Source of the DNA: Chiloscyllium plagiosum
Lineage: Eukaryota
DNA length: 64,000 nt
Assembly (NCBI RefSeq): GCF_004010195.1
Contig: NC_057718.1
Span: 62,728,311 to 62,792,310, forward strand
Direction: 5' to 3'
Position numbers and translations under genes: made by a program. The notes beneath the pieces are model-generated. The model had not been told where the DNA came from, did not search any database, and saw only the letters and a list, made by a program, of their open reading frames with translations. Shown here piece after piece: positions 1 to 12,889 of the stretch (the first letter of the stretch is position 1; each line of letters opens with the position of its first letter).

Positions 1-405
1 ACTCTTCCCCTCTCTCCCAGATTAATACCAAAGTTCCCCTTTTTCGCACTTTCTACCTGTCAGTCTCCACATTCAAAGGATCATCCTTTACCATTCTGCC
101 ACCTCCAGCAGGATGCAACCACCAAACACAACTTTCCCTCACCTTCACGGTCAGCATTCCATGACACCCTGGTCCACTCCATTATCACACCTAACACCAC
201 CTCACAATATGTTCCACTTATTCCTCCTTTCCTTCCATCAAAAAGGATAAAAACGCCATTTCCAGCTCCTTCCAGTTCTGAAGAACACATATCTTGAACT
301 CAAAATATTAACTCTGATTCTCTCTCCATAGATGCTGCCAAACATGCTGAGCTTCTCCAGCACTTTATTTTCATTTCAGATTTCTAGCATCTTCAATCTT
401 TACTT
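1..405 (+). mobile_element. Old Penelope-like element fragment with degenerate pseudo-LTR
   Basis: 1-180 aligns by eye to 11090-11255; 278-405 resembles the pLTR and tail. Confidence 0.6.
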
Positions 406-407
406 TT

Positions 408-970
408 ATAAAAGTAAGGACATTATGTTTCAGGCACTCATGACACCACATGTTTAATACTGTGCGCTGTTTCGGTCTCTTTATTTTAAAGGAGGATGCA
501 AATGCATTAGAGACAGGTCAGAGGAACTTCACCAGGTTGATAGCTGGAATGGGCAGGTTGTCTTGCAAAGATAGGCTGGACAGGCTCAGCTTGTTTCGCT
601 GGAGTTCAGACAAGTGAGGAGCAACTTGGTTGATAAAAGATTCCAAATGCTCTTGACGATAAGGTTAGTAACTTATGCTTCTTCTTGTTGGTGAGCCTGG
701 AACTAGAGAATATTAAGGGTTACCCCATTACGACAGAGATAAAGATTTCTTCTTGAGGGCTGAGAGTTTGGAACGGTGTCTCAGTAGGCAGTGCAGGCAA
801 GGTGATTGAATATTTTTAAAGGTGCAGGTAGAGAGATTTTTGTTAAGTTAGGGAATCAAAAGGCTATTGGGAATAGATGGCAAAGTTAAAGTTGAAACAC
901 AAACAGACCAGCCATGATGTCACGGAATGGTAGAGCAGGTTGAAGGGTCCAAAATGGCCTACTTTTGTTC
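408..970 (+). mobile_element. CR1 LINE 3' fragment, decayed
   Basis: RPHxxYCxxFxSxY-like coding remnant and ggcctacttttgttcct 3' end. Confidence 0.7.
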
Positions 971-3429
971 CTTCAGTTTGTGTTAGTGTTTTTCTCCCTC
1001 TCACTCCCCAGAGACTGTTTTTTCCTCCTCCTCAGAGTGCATGCATCTCTTCTTTCACACATATCCAGCCCCTTTAGACTGTATATTTTTCTCTTTCTCA
1101 TACCCTTTGAGTCTATGTGCAAATACCTCCCTCTTCTCTCTGAGTCTACCTTTCTCTTGCTTTTTCACCCTTAGGAGTCTTTCTCACTGCTGCTGGTCTG
1201 ATACTCAAGCTGATGTGCCGTCATTCAATTTCCAGCCAGTTATCCAACCACAGACTGTTTTTCTCCCATGCTTGCTGCTGAAAGGCTCAATGGTAACATG
1301 CTCAGGATAGAAATACCTTGTGACTAAAGGAGCAGTCCCTCACAAAATGTAATTCCTCTCTCATTGGTTACCCATGATTGATTATGCAAACCTGGGTAGA
1401 TTCAAAGGGTCCAGGTCGGAAGCAGTAAAAGGGATGCATTTTTCCTTTCTTGTCTGCAGCTAGGTGTCCTTGGAGAAGGAACACTGTTTGCTGGTATACC
1501 TCAGGCATTTTGAGATTGGTATGCATTGAGTAGTGGAAAGGACTGGAGTGCATCATCACTCTTTCCATCTATCACTTTAATCTGAGTTTTGCATTATTCT
1601 GGCACAAACATGGTGGGCTGAAAGGTCTCCTTCTGTACTCTATTCTATAAATTTCGAAAATAAATCAATTCTGATTATTTTAGACTGGATTATTTTTTGC
1701 AGATAGATCATTCCATGTAAAATAACTTGCCAATGTTCACAACAAATTTCTGCATCAATGTCAAGACCCAAATCCCACTCATTTTGTAACTCTTAATCAC
1801 AGTTTTCTACTTGCTCACAGCTGAGTTACCTTCCTCACAGCAATTAGTATTGTGGAACCTGAGATGATGCTGCACTTCAATTGTCATCTGAAGTAGTTTA
1901 ATCCTTTCTCAAGCACTAGAGATACTGATATAATCACAGTACTGCTCAAATAACAGCTGGAAGGAACAGGATCTGAAATAATCATCGAATAGAGCAGAGA
2001 AGAAGTCAGAAGATATGCCAGAACTAGACTCAAATTTTCAGACAATGGGCAGTAAATGGAGCTCGATTGCTTTCAATGAAATAATATGAAATATTAGTGT
2101 GGTAGTAGTCCAGATCAAGATTATAAAAACAAAAAAATAGCATTTTGTCTTGGACTTTAACACAAATTATGTCTTGATTTCAATCTTGATAGTTTGTGCA
2201 TGCATACACCAAGTCATTCCAGAAAACATTATATTCAAACATTACTTTCCAACTGCTAAAATGTATAGATCTCTAATGATTAATTAGGTTTAAAATTAGG
2301 ATAAAATTGTAAAAAAAAGCAATTGGCAGGAGAGTAGAAAACAGCAGATACTTGCTAGAAAATTTGCCAGAATTGAGTACAAGTCAGAGGCAGTCACAGT
2401 GAAACTGTACAAAACACTCCTCAGACCACATATTGAACACTGCTCCATTCTTAGATACAGAAGCACAGAGAACAGCTTCAAGCACTTGAGCCAATATAAT
2501 GAAGAGCCTCAGCCCTAGTGCTAGAGTAAATAGCAGAAAGTTTTAACCCTTCAACTTTTAAAAAAAAACTAACAGATGATCTTAAAGTAGCAAACTACAA
2601 TCAGACAGCAGGGTAAGGTGACAGTGCAAACAAGCGAAAGACAAATTTTGGACTAACATCAGTAAGTTCATCCAACAATATATAAATATACAAAGAAATT
2701 GAGTAGCAAAGATGAAAAGGTTAAAAATTATTTAGTAATGACTGTTTTGTCCTTTTATTTTAAATGGGATGTGGGTGATGCACAGGTGGCCAGAGGTTGT
2801 TGCCTATTCTTAATTATTCTTGACTTAGGTGGCTTCTAGGCCAGAGGAAAGTTAAGAATCAACTATACTTCTATAGGTCTGGGGTTAGAAGTAGATCTGA
2901 TTGGAGGAGGATGGTAAAATTCCCTTCCTGAAGATTATTAGTGAACCAGATGGATTTTTGTCACCACGGAGACCAGCTTTGTGCTCCAGATTTAGCAAAT
3001 GAATTTAACTTGCACCAACTAGTCCAGTGACATCAACTATGCCTAGGAACACTGTAATGGATGAGTTTTTAATTTATTCAGAAATATCCAAGGTCTAAGG
3101 ATTGGTGCTTCATATTCATGACCTCTTCTTGTTGTTAAAACCTACTTTAATGATAACATACAATCTTTGAAATTACCTCTTCTGCAATCAGACTGAATAA
3201 AGTACATTAAGTTTGAAAATCATGGGAAATCAGGACAGAAAAGATGGGGAGAATGTCCCAATTTGTAGAAGAGTTGCAAAACAAAGAACATCGATTTTAG
3301 CCACAAAGGAACAAATGATAGTTGAGGGAAAATCTTTGTTTACCCATGACTGATTCAGGTTCTGATGTAATTTCTGAGCTTGTGACAGAAATAGCTTCAC
3401 AGAATAAAAGAATTCCTACATTGGGGAAA

Positions 3430-3735
3430 GAGGCCATTCAGCTGTCGAATCTGCACTGATCCTCTGAAGGGCATCCAACCCAGCCACAGACCCAGACCCT
3501 CTACCAAAGGCCCCGCATTTTACCATGGTTAGTCGATCCAACCCAACTACGGGGTAATTTAACAGGGGCAATCTACCTAACCTGCACACCTATGGACTGT
3601 GGGAGGAGACCGGGGCACCTGGAGGAAATCCACACAGTTATGATGAGAACATGCGAATTCTACACACTGGATTCGAACCTGGATCTCTGGCCCTTTGTGG
3701 CAGCATTACTAACTATTGAGCCACCATGCTGCCAA
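3430..3735 (-). mobile_element. HE1-type tRNA-derived SINE, diverged
   Basis: Reverse strand reads ggcagcatggtggctcaatagttag...ggttcgaatcc, with body similar to 27744-28060. Confidence 0.7.
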
Positions 3736-4264
3736 ATTTCAAAATTTAGCTTCAACTTGGTCGGTTAAAGGGATTTTGTCCAAAGAGAAAAAATTGGTCA
3801 GACTACAGGAAAAAGGTGAGCGAGTAGTATGAATTGAGTTGCTGTTGCTAAGAGCTGATACAGGCAATGATGGGTTGAATGGCCTCCTTTTATGCACAAC
3901 AACTCTATGATTCTAAAGGCTAAATCCCACATATTTAAGATTATAGAATTTACACTTCTTTTGGATACCAACAACTGGGTAAATAAGTTCAGCAAGTATG
4001 AACATAAAAACAAAACAAACTCACTAACACGCATAACATATAACAGATTTTTTTTTTCTAGAATAATCACAAAACTAAATTCTTCAAATCTTCAACTTTG
4101 CTTTTAATCACCAGTCTCTCAGATTTCATCGATCTTGCATTAAATTTACTAGAATCACATTCCAATATTATACTTATTAAAATTACTCCATAAACTAGGT
4201 TCATATGCTTATTCTTTACAGTGAATGCTAAGAAGTATTTTGTTATTTTGATTGACATTCCTAC

Positions 4265-4422
4265 CTAATAAGTGTAGTCCAACATGAGCGTCCATCCAGA
4301 CAACGCAAATAGCAGCTAATGGTAGTTTTCTTGAATTGTTTAACATCCTCCAATTCCTCTTCTCTCATATCTTGTCTCTGAGCTACAAACAGCTGCATAA
4401 GGTTAAATAGTTCTTCAACAGC
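4265..4422 (-). CDS. USP34: USP34 exon 21 (AVEELFNLMQLFVAQRQDMREEELEDVKQFKKTTISCYLRCLDGRSCWTTLI(S))
   Basis: Peptide match; atatag / gtagga; 158 nt; next exon not found in window. Confidence 0.95.
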
Positions 4423-5214
4423 CTATATAATAATGAAACAGTACAGAGTAGTTAGTTTGGTACAGCAATGGTTCAGCAAACAATGAAACTCATTTCTAAA
4501 TTAACTCAACAACACATTTACTTAACTACTTTTACGAATGACATTGATCAGCTAGCTATATGAAATTACTGATTAGCATTATGACAACAACTTGTTCTTT
4601 TTATTCTTGGGATGTGAGGTGTACTGTCAAAGTTAGCATTTTCTGTCCATCCATAACTGCCATTGAGAAGGTGTTGAGTTACTTTCTAGAACTGCTGCAA
4701 TCCATGTGATCCAGGCTGACTTACCACATTACTGCGGAAAGAATTCCAGGATTTTGACCCAGTGACAATGAAGGAATGATGATACATTTCCAAGTCAGGA
4801 TGGGGAGATACTTGGAGGGCAACTTGCAGACGGTGGTGTTCCATATGTCTGCTACCTGGGTTCTTTTATGGGTAGAGGTCATCATTTTGGAATTTAGTAT
4901 AATGCCTTTCATGTAACTAAATGCATCAATGTGTTTCACAGGTGCATTCCCAAGCAAAAATGACATCCAGCCATTGTTGTATTTCTTGCAATATTGCTAA
5001 GTAGCACGGATTAAATAGCGTGAATTCAATTTACTTGAAAATCTCATACAGTTTTATTTAATAGCTCAAACTATACTTACAGTTACAGATAGCTATTTTG
5101 CATCAAACCCTAGCATGCTGCTGCTGGACTTCACATGATAGTTGGTCACACAGCTTCATCCTGGTCCTTAGCCTATTTGCACGTTCAGCCCCAAAAGCAA
5201 CACAGCTTTTGATG

Positions 5215-5790
5215 CATGCATCAAAGGAAATTCCACTAGTCTGTGCACTGATGTACACCAATGAATATTTCCAATAGCTCCATGTCAATCAGCTCACTCT
5301 TAAACTTCTCCTGCATGAACACTGCATTTTATAAGTGGCTTGACTGAAAAAAGTGTATCTTTTCTGAAGTTTCCTATATTGTTAAATCTGTCAATGTACA
5401 ATTGTTCTAAGTTCTGGACTAGATCTAAGCCTTCTTGATCTCTTCTGCTGCAGCTGGTATCTCTGTGATCTTGCGAAGTCACAATGTTGATATATCTATG
5501 CATCAGTAATCCTGTTATTGCTGGCCCACTCGGGTCCACAAGGCAAAATTCTGCAGGTCCATACAGAATTGCTACAGCTGCATTTCATCCTCAATGTACT
5601 AATGCAAGGGGTAGGTATCTTATAACAGGCAGTTAATATTGCTGTTGTACATTGGATCATTTACTTCCAATGATCCAGGAACACATCCTTCAGGATTTTG
5701 ACTAGAAGGATATTTGCACTAGTTCCTGTGCTGACTTTCGTCAAGTGTGGGTTTGTCAATTTTCTTTGGGCACATGATGTTAATAATGGG
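5215..5790 (-). mobile_element. Decayed Ty3/Gypsy pol remnant (protease to start of RT)
   Basis: Translation across frameshifts gives KVSTGTSANILL (DTG-like), LVDPSGPAITGL, LEQLYIDRFNNIGNF, ELIDME...VHQCTD*. Confidence 0.55.
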
Positions 5791-6407
5791 AAAAGATTCT
5801 AACTAGTTGACTTCCTGCACACAACATGCAACATTCAAACTGTGGAAACTCCTGAAAATTCACCTCTTGGTCAAACTATTTGCAATTCTGAATCTTCACT
5901 CTAGTAAGTCTTGCATATAGCCTTGTGTACATGATTGCTTTTTGTATGGGTTGAAAACTCATTTAGGGACTCAAACATGACAAAGTTACAAACAGCCTCA
6001 GAGTTGCCATAGGAAAGAAATACCATAGCATTTTTAGTGATTCTTACCATATGGGACAATCCTAAGACAACATCACCTCGACTGTGTTTATTGGTAGTTT
6101 ATAACAACAGTTATATCAGGTATATACTAGCTTTTACCTGAAGTCTATTCTCTAAACTGCATCCACTACACTAACAACATGCATTCAAGATCGTAATCAT
6201 TCACTGCAGAATAAAAGTTCTGTCACCTTTGGTTCCTTTACCATTCACCTTAAATCACTGTCCTAATGTTTTTGACCCTCAATAGGAAAAGCATCTCTTC
6301 TCTAATCTCTCCAGGCACCTCAATTTTAAGCAATGAAACAAAATCTGCTGAAAAACTCATCAAATATGCACTAGCCTATACACTATGCAGAATTTTCTTC
6401 ATGCAGT

Positions 6408-7563
6408 CATCGATGACTGTATCGGCGCTGCCTCGTGCTCCCACGAGGAAGTTGAACAGTTCATCCACTTTACCAACACCTTCCACCCCGACCTCAAATT
6501 CACCTGGACCGTCTCAGACTCCTCCCTCCCTTTCCTAGACCTTTCCATTTCTATCTCGGGCGACCGAATCAACACGGACATTTACTATAAACCGACCAAC
6601 TCCCACAGCTACCTAGACTACACCTCCTCCCACCCTGCCCCCTGTAAAAACGCCATCCCATATTCCCAATTCCTTCATCTCCGCCGCATCTGCTCCCAGG
6701 AGGACCAGTTCCAAAACCGTACAACCCAGATGCCTCCTTCTTCAAGGACCGCAATTTCCNNNNNNNNNNNNNNNNNNNNNNNNNNNNNNNNNNNNNNNNN
6801 NNNNNNNNNNNNNNNNNNNNNNNNNNNNNNNNNNNNNNNNNNNNNNNNNNNNNNNNNNNNNNNNNNNNNNNNNNNNNNNNNNNNNNNNNNNNNNNNNNNN
6901 NNNNNNNNNNNNNNNNNNNNNNNNNNNNNNNNNNNNNNNNNNNNNNNNNNNNNNNNNNNNNNNNNNNNNNNNNNNNNNNNNNNNNNNNNNNNNNNNNNNN
7001 NNNNNNNNNNNNNNNNNNNNNNNNNNNNNNNNNNNNNNNNNNNNNNNNNNNNNNNNNNNNNNNNNNNNNNNNNNNNNNNNNNNNNNNNNNNNNNNNNNNN
7101 NNNNNNNNNNNNNNNNNNNNNNNNNNNNNNNNNNNNNNNNNNNNNNNNNNNNNNNNNNNNNNNNNNNNNNNNNNNNNNNNTGGAGGAAGAGTGCCTCATC
7201 TTCCGCCTAGGAACCCTCCAACCACAAGGGATGAACTCAGATTTCTCCAGTTTCGTCATTTCCTCTCCCCCCATCTTGTCTCAGTCAAATCCCTCGGACT
7301 CAGCACCACCTTCCTAACCTGCAGTCTTCTTCCTGGCCTCTCCCCCCCACCCCCACTCCGGCCTATCACCCTCACCTTGACCTCCTTCCACCTATCGCAT
7401 TTCCAACGCCCCTCCCCCAAGTCCCTCCTCCCTACCTTTTATCTTAGCCTGCTGGGCACACTTTCCTCATTTCTGAAGAACGGCTTATGCCCGAAACGTC
7501 GATTCTCCTGCTCCTTGGATGCTGCCTGACCTGCTGTGTTTTTCCAGCGACACATTTTCAGCT
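6408..7563 (+). mobile_element. Penelope-like element family A, 5'-truncated (RT C-terminus, pLTR); spans an N gap
   Basis: IDDCIG (YIDD motif), LPFLDL, TDIYYKPT..SYLDYTSSHP, EEECLIFRLGTLQPQGMN; pLTR with hammerhead motif. Confidence 0.85.
6760..7180. other. Assembly gap (421 N)
   Basis: Run of n. Confidence 1.
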
Positions 7564-7589
7564 TTCAGCACTCATGTCAAGTAGCTCAT

Positions 7590-9620
7590 CATGATTGCTC
7601 TGCCACTCTGTGATATTATGGCTAATCTGATAATCCATAATTCCATTTTTCTGCCTTATTGCCATAACTGTAAATTCACTTAATCATTAGAAATTTATCT
7701 CCTGCAGCCTTGAATAAACTTACTGGCCCAGCCTCAACAGCTCTCTGCAGTAAAGAATTTCACAATTACCACTCTCAGACAAAAAAGAAATCTCTGCCTC
7801 TCTGTCTTACATGGATAACTTCCAATTCTGGGTTTATGCCCTCTGGTCCTACACTCTCCCAAGGCGAAGCAACCTCTCCAAATCTACACATTCAAGCCGA
7901 GAATTTTGTTTGTTTCAATAAGGTCTCCCCTCATGCTTCTAAACTCCTGTGTGTACAAACTCAACCTCTTCTCAAAGACAATCCCTTGATATGAAGGTCA
8001 AACGAGTGAACCTTTTCTGGACTGTCTCCAATCTATCCTTGGATAAAGAGCCAAAACTGTGCACAATATCCCAACTGTGGTCTGGTAAGTGTCTTGTGTA
8101 GTTTTAGCAAGACATCCCTATTTCATACATCATTCCTAAAAGCCAACACATCCATTTGCTTTCCCTATCACCCACTGAATATGGATCCCAGATTTTTATG
8201 ACTCATGCACCAGGACTCCAAATCCCTGTGGTGCAACATGCTGTAGCATTTCCCTATTTAAATATTATTTAGCTCTTCTTCTGACCAAAATACATTACTC
8301 AAATTTTCCCACATTACATCCCATCTCCAAGTTTAACCTGTCTTTATTCTTTTGCAGACTCTGTGTCATCTCATGACTTGCTTTTCCAACTATTTTTGTG
8401 TCATCTGCAATCTTGGAGATAGTACTGCCATCATCCAAGTCATTAATATATAAATACCTGTGGCCTCAATGATCCTTGCAGCACTCCACTAGTTACAGGT
8501 CGGTATACTGAAAATGCTCCACTTACCACAACTCTGTCTCCTATTAGCCAATCCTCTATCCATGCTAATTTCCGACCCATAAAATTATGGGCTCTTATTG
8601 GAGCCCTATGTGTGGGAACCTAATCAAATGCCTTTTAGAAATCCAAATATATTGTAGCTACATTTGTAGGTTCCCCTTTATCTACGTTGCTAGTTACCTC
8701 CTCAAAGAACTGTAATAAATTTATCAGACATGACTTCCCCTTCATGAAGCCATGCTGACTCCATTTGTGTTTCTAAATGCTCTTCTAGTACATCCTTTAT
8801 ATCAGACTCTAGAATTTTCCTAATGACGGGATGTTAAGTTAACCAGCCTGTATTTACATTTTTTTTTGTCTCCTTCCTTCTTTGATTAAATGTGTTACAT
8901 AGGTAGTTTTCTGATCCTCGGCAACTTTTCTAGAATGTTAAGGATTCTTGGAAGATTACTACCAGTGCATCCACTATATCTGCAGCTACTTCATTTAAAA
9001 TCTTGGAATGCAATCCATCATATTTAGCAGTATTATTGGCCATTAGACCTCTAGCTTCCTTTGCACTATATTTATTTCCCCCCTCCCAATCTCCTTAGTC
9101 ACTTAATATTTTCATAATGCTATTAGTAACCTCTACCGTGGAGACTTAGGTAAACTCCTCTACCTGGCTCCCCTTTAATATTTTCCCAGCCTCGTTCTCC
9201 AAGGGGCCTATGTTCACTGTTGCCTCTCTCTTCTTTTTCATACATTTAAAGGTGTTCTTACTGTTTGCTTTCACAAGTACTTGCTAGTTTAACCACCTAG
9301 TTTTCTTTCTTCCTGTTTATGATATTTCTGGTAATCTTTTATTGGCTTTTTAAACTTTCCCAACCCACTGATTTATCACTAATCTTTGCCACAATATAGA
9401 TTTCTTTCAATTTGACACTGTCCTCAACTTCCCTGGTTACCCATGGGCTGTTTATATTCTTCCTGGAATCCTTCTTTCTCATTGAGAGATAACTTTGATT
9501 TTTTTTTACAAAATTTCTGCCATTTATCAACTGTCTTTTCTGTTAAACTCCTTTCGCAATCCACTCTCACCAACTCTGCCCTCACTCCCAAGTAATTTCC
9601 TTTATTTAAGTTTAACACCG
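7590..9620 (-). mobile_element. CR1 LINE ORF2 fragment, decayed
   Basis: [11 protein letters not shown], DFxKAFD, GVxQGS and FADD remnants on minus strand. Confidence 0.8.
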
Positions 9621-9769
9621 TTCTTTCAGATCACTCCCATGTAATTGTTAATTTATTTAAGTTTAACATGGTTCTTTTATACTGTTCACCAGTTCTATCT
9701 GTTTGTCTGTTTTCAATTCTACCAATGCTCGCAAATATAATAAAAAAAACTTATCCACTCATGACCTCA

Positions 9770-9918
9770 CTAACATTTGTGGAATATAGCGTGTATATAA
9801 ACTGGCTTCTGTGTTTCCTATTATATAGGAGTGACTACACCTCTGAAGTACATCATTGGCTGTAAAGTACTTTTGGACCGTATGAGATCTTAAAAGCACT
9901 ATATAAAATTACGTTCTG
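9770..9918 (+). mobile_element. Deu-SINE (SacSINE1-like) 3' tail fragment
   Basis: gtgactacacctctgaagtacatcattggctgtaaagtacttttgg...cactatataaa resembles the tail at 21110-21200 (reverse). Confidence 0.5.
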
Positions 9919-10539
9919 CTTCCTTCCTGAGAGAAGCTGGATGGCTGACATCTCATTTTTGTTGCTCAGAAAATGTCCTTTAAAAGGACTTTAAGGGGCA
10001 TGGGGCAAGCAAAAGAATAGCTCAGGACCAGATGGCACACGTGGACAGAAATACTATTGCATTTTTTCCTGTAATGACTACGTAGCTGAGTAAAAACATT
10101 GCTACAATTCTATGAATATATTCGAAAAACTAGTTTAGTTGTGGACTTAATCCTATTCTTTCACCGTCTATGTAGTAAGCAATGTTCTCTCGAAAGCTAT
10201 GCAGCTGCTCCAAGTGCACATCAGGTAACTAGCATGCAGTACTGACTTCTAATTCTGGAAGTTGATGCCACATACAGACATCGGGGGCCCACACAGGTAG
10301 AATTAATGATAATGTTGGTAATAAGAGAAGCCTACAGAGTTGCCTTCATAGAGCCATAATTCAGCTTTGAAATTTCAGAAGTATACTTCCTTGTTTCCTG
10401 CTACCTACTTCACTCTAAACCTGGAGTTGTGACCAGAATATTTTTAGACATTTTATGATTGAAATTACAGATAAAAATGGTTCCTGAGCAGCAAGCACAC
10501 TAAAATTCTGCGAAACATTAGCCCTCCAGCCTTTCCATC

Positions 10540-10845
10540 ACAGCATAGTGGCTCAATGGTTAGCACTGCTGCCTCACAGCACTAAGGGTCCATGTTCAAT
10601 AGCAACAGTGAAGTTTGTCCATTCTCCCTACGAGTGTGGGGGTTTCCTCCGGGTGTACCAGTTTCCTCCCAAAGATGGGAGGATTGGCCATACTAAATTG
10701 CCCATAGTGCCCAACGATGTCTAGGTGAGGTGAGTTAGTCATGGGAAATGCAGGATTATAGGGAATACGTTTGGGGAGGGGGGTTGTTCTTTGGAGGATC
10801 GGTGTGGACTCAATGGGCCAAATGACCTGCTTCTGCACTATAGAG
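10540..10845 (+). mobile_element. HE1-type SINE
   Basis: gtggctcaatggttagcactgctgcctcacagc head; CR1-like 3' tail. Confidence 0.8.
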
Positions 10846-10865
10846 TTGCTCTGCAGGGTGGGAGC

Positions 10866-11810
10866 CTACCCCCTGTAAAAACACCATCCCATATTCCCAA
10901 TTCCTTCGCCTCCGCCGCATCTGCTCTTAGGAGGACCAATTCCAATACCGAACAACCCAGATGGCCTCCTTCCTCAAAGACCGCAATTTCCCCTCAGACG
11001 TGATTGACAATGCTGTCCACCGCATCTCCTCCACTTCCCGCTCCTCCGCCCTTGAATCCCGCATCTCCGATCGCCACCAGGACAGAACCCCACTGGTCCT
11101 CACCTACCACCCCACCAACCTCCAGATACATCGTGTCATCCTTTGTCATTTCCGTCACCTCCAAACAGACCCCACCACGAAGGATATATTTCCCTCCCCT
11201 CCCCTATCAGCGTTCCGGAAAGACCACTCCCTCCGTGACTCCCTCGTCAGGTCCACACNNNNNNNNNNNNNNNNNNNNNNNNNNNNNNNNNNNNNNNNNN
11301 NNNNNNNNNNNNNNNNNNNNNNNNNNNNNNNNNNNNNNNNNNNNNNNNNNNNNNNNNNNNNNNNCCTCCTCCATCGCCAGACCATGGCAACACGACACCT
11401 GGAGGAAGAGCGCCTCATCTTCCGCCTAGGAACCCTCCAACCACAAGGGATGAATGCAGATTTCTCCAGCTTCCTCATTTCCCCTCTCCCCACCTTATCT
11501 CAGTCTCAACCCTCGGACTCAGCACCGCCTTCTTGACCTGCAATCTTCTTCCCGACCTCTCCGCCCCCACCTGCCTATCACCCTCACCTTAACCTCCTTC
11601 CACCTATAGCATTCCCAATGCCCCTCCCCCAAGTCCCTCCTCCCTACCTTTTATCTAAGCCTGCTTGGCACACCTGCCTCATTCCTGAAGAAGGGCTTAT
11701 GCCCGAAACGTAGATTCTCCTGCTCCTTGGATGCTGCCTGACCTGCTGTGCTTTTCCAGCAACACATTTTTCAGCTCTGATCTCCAGCATCTTCAGTCCT
11801 CACTTTCTCC
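10866..11810 (+). mobile_element. Penelope-like element family A fragment with pLTR and tail; N gap 11259-11364
   Basis: High similarity to 6640-7563; RTPLVLTYHP, PPLSAFRK..SLRDSLV motifs. Confidence 0.85.
11685..11712 (+). ncRNA. Minimal hammerhead ribozyme motif (family A)
   Basis: CTGAAGA-a-GGGC ttat GCCC-GAAAC-GTA. Confidence 0.65.
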
Positions 11811-12558
11811 CAAAGAATGGAAGAGCCTTGGGAAACGTTGATGGGCAGAGAGATCTGGGAGTGCAGGTCCATTGTACCCTGAAGGTTGCTGCACAGGTGG
11901 GTAGAGTGGTCAAGAAGGCATAGAGTATGCTTGCCTTCATCGGACGGGGTATTGAGTATAAGAGCTGGCAGATCATGTTAAAATTGTACAAGACATTGGT
12001 TTGGCTGCATTTAGAATACTGTGTACAGTTCTGGTCGCCACATTACCAAAAGGATGTGGATGCTTTGGAGAGGGTACAGAGAAGGTTTACGAGAATGTTG
12101 CCTAGTATGGAAGGTGCTAGCTATGAAGAAGGTTGAGTAGGTTAGGTTTGTTTTCATTAGAAAAAAGGAGATTGAGGGGGGGGACCTGATTGAGGTTTAC
12201 AAAATCATGAAGGGTATAGACAGGGTGGACAAAGACAAGCTTTCTCCCAGGGTGAAGGATTCAATAACGAGCAGTCACGTTTTCAAGGTGAGAGGTGGAA
12301 AGTTTAAGGGGGATACACGTGGCAAGTACTTCTGACAGAGAGTGGTGGGTGTTTGGAATGCGTTGCCAAAAGAGGTGGTAGAGGCAGGCATGGTAGATTC
12401 ATTGAAGATGCGTCTGGACAGATGCATGAGTAGATGGGGAGCAGAGGGATATAGATGCTTAGGAATTGACCAACAGGTTTAGATGGTACATTTGGATCAG
12501 CTCAGGCTTGGAGGGCCGAAGGGCCTGTTCCTGGGCTATAAATTTTCTTTGTTCTTTG
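11811..12558 (+). mobile_element. CR1 LINE 3' fragment
   Basis: ORF 11927..12136 LYKTLVxxHLEYCVQFWSPHY..LERVQRRFTRM; gggccgaagggcctg tail. Confidence 0.9.
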
Positions 12559-12583
12559 TAAACCTCTATCTTTTTCTTCCTTC

Positions 12584-12678
12584 CTTCCTGAAGAAGGGCT
12601 CATGCCCGAAACGTCGATTCTCCTGCTCCGTGGATGCTGCCTGACCTGCTGCGCTTTTCCAGCAACACATTTTCAGCT
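12584..12678 (+). mobile_element. Solo family A PLE pseudo-LTR segment
   Basis: Near-identical to 7470-7563. Confidence 0.85.
12588..12615 (+). ncRNA. Minimal hammerhead ribozyme motif (family A)
   Basis: CTGAAGA-a-GGGC tcat GCCC-GAAAC-GTC. Confidence 0.65.
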
Positions 12679-12889
12679 TCCTTCAACTAGTACCTACCTA
12701 GTTGATACTGACTGTATTATATTGCCACAACATATTCAATTCCCTTACAAAAGTATCTTTTAGCCAAATATAATTCATAAAGTTTTAGATCAAAATAGGA
12801 CTGAATTCAATCTATCAAAGCATGCGTCCATTGGTCAAGTAACTCATTAAAAATTAGCAACAGGTGGAGAGAGCTGTTCATAACTGATT

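Noticed and set aside
1..4264. Next USP34 exon (expected AFRILLESDEDRLL...)
   Set aside because: Not found by eye; presumably beyond the window
6385..7317. 310-aa ORF as a host gene
   Set aside because: Length is inflated by the N gap; the sequence is truncated PLE reverse transcriptase
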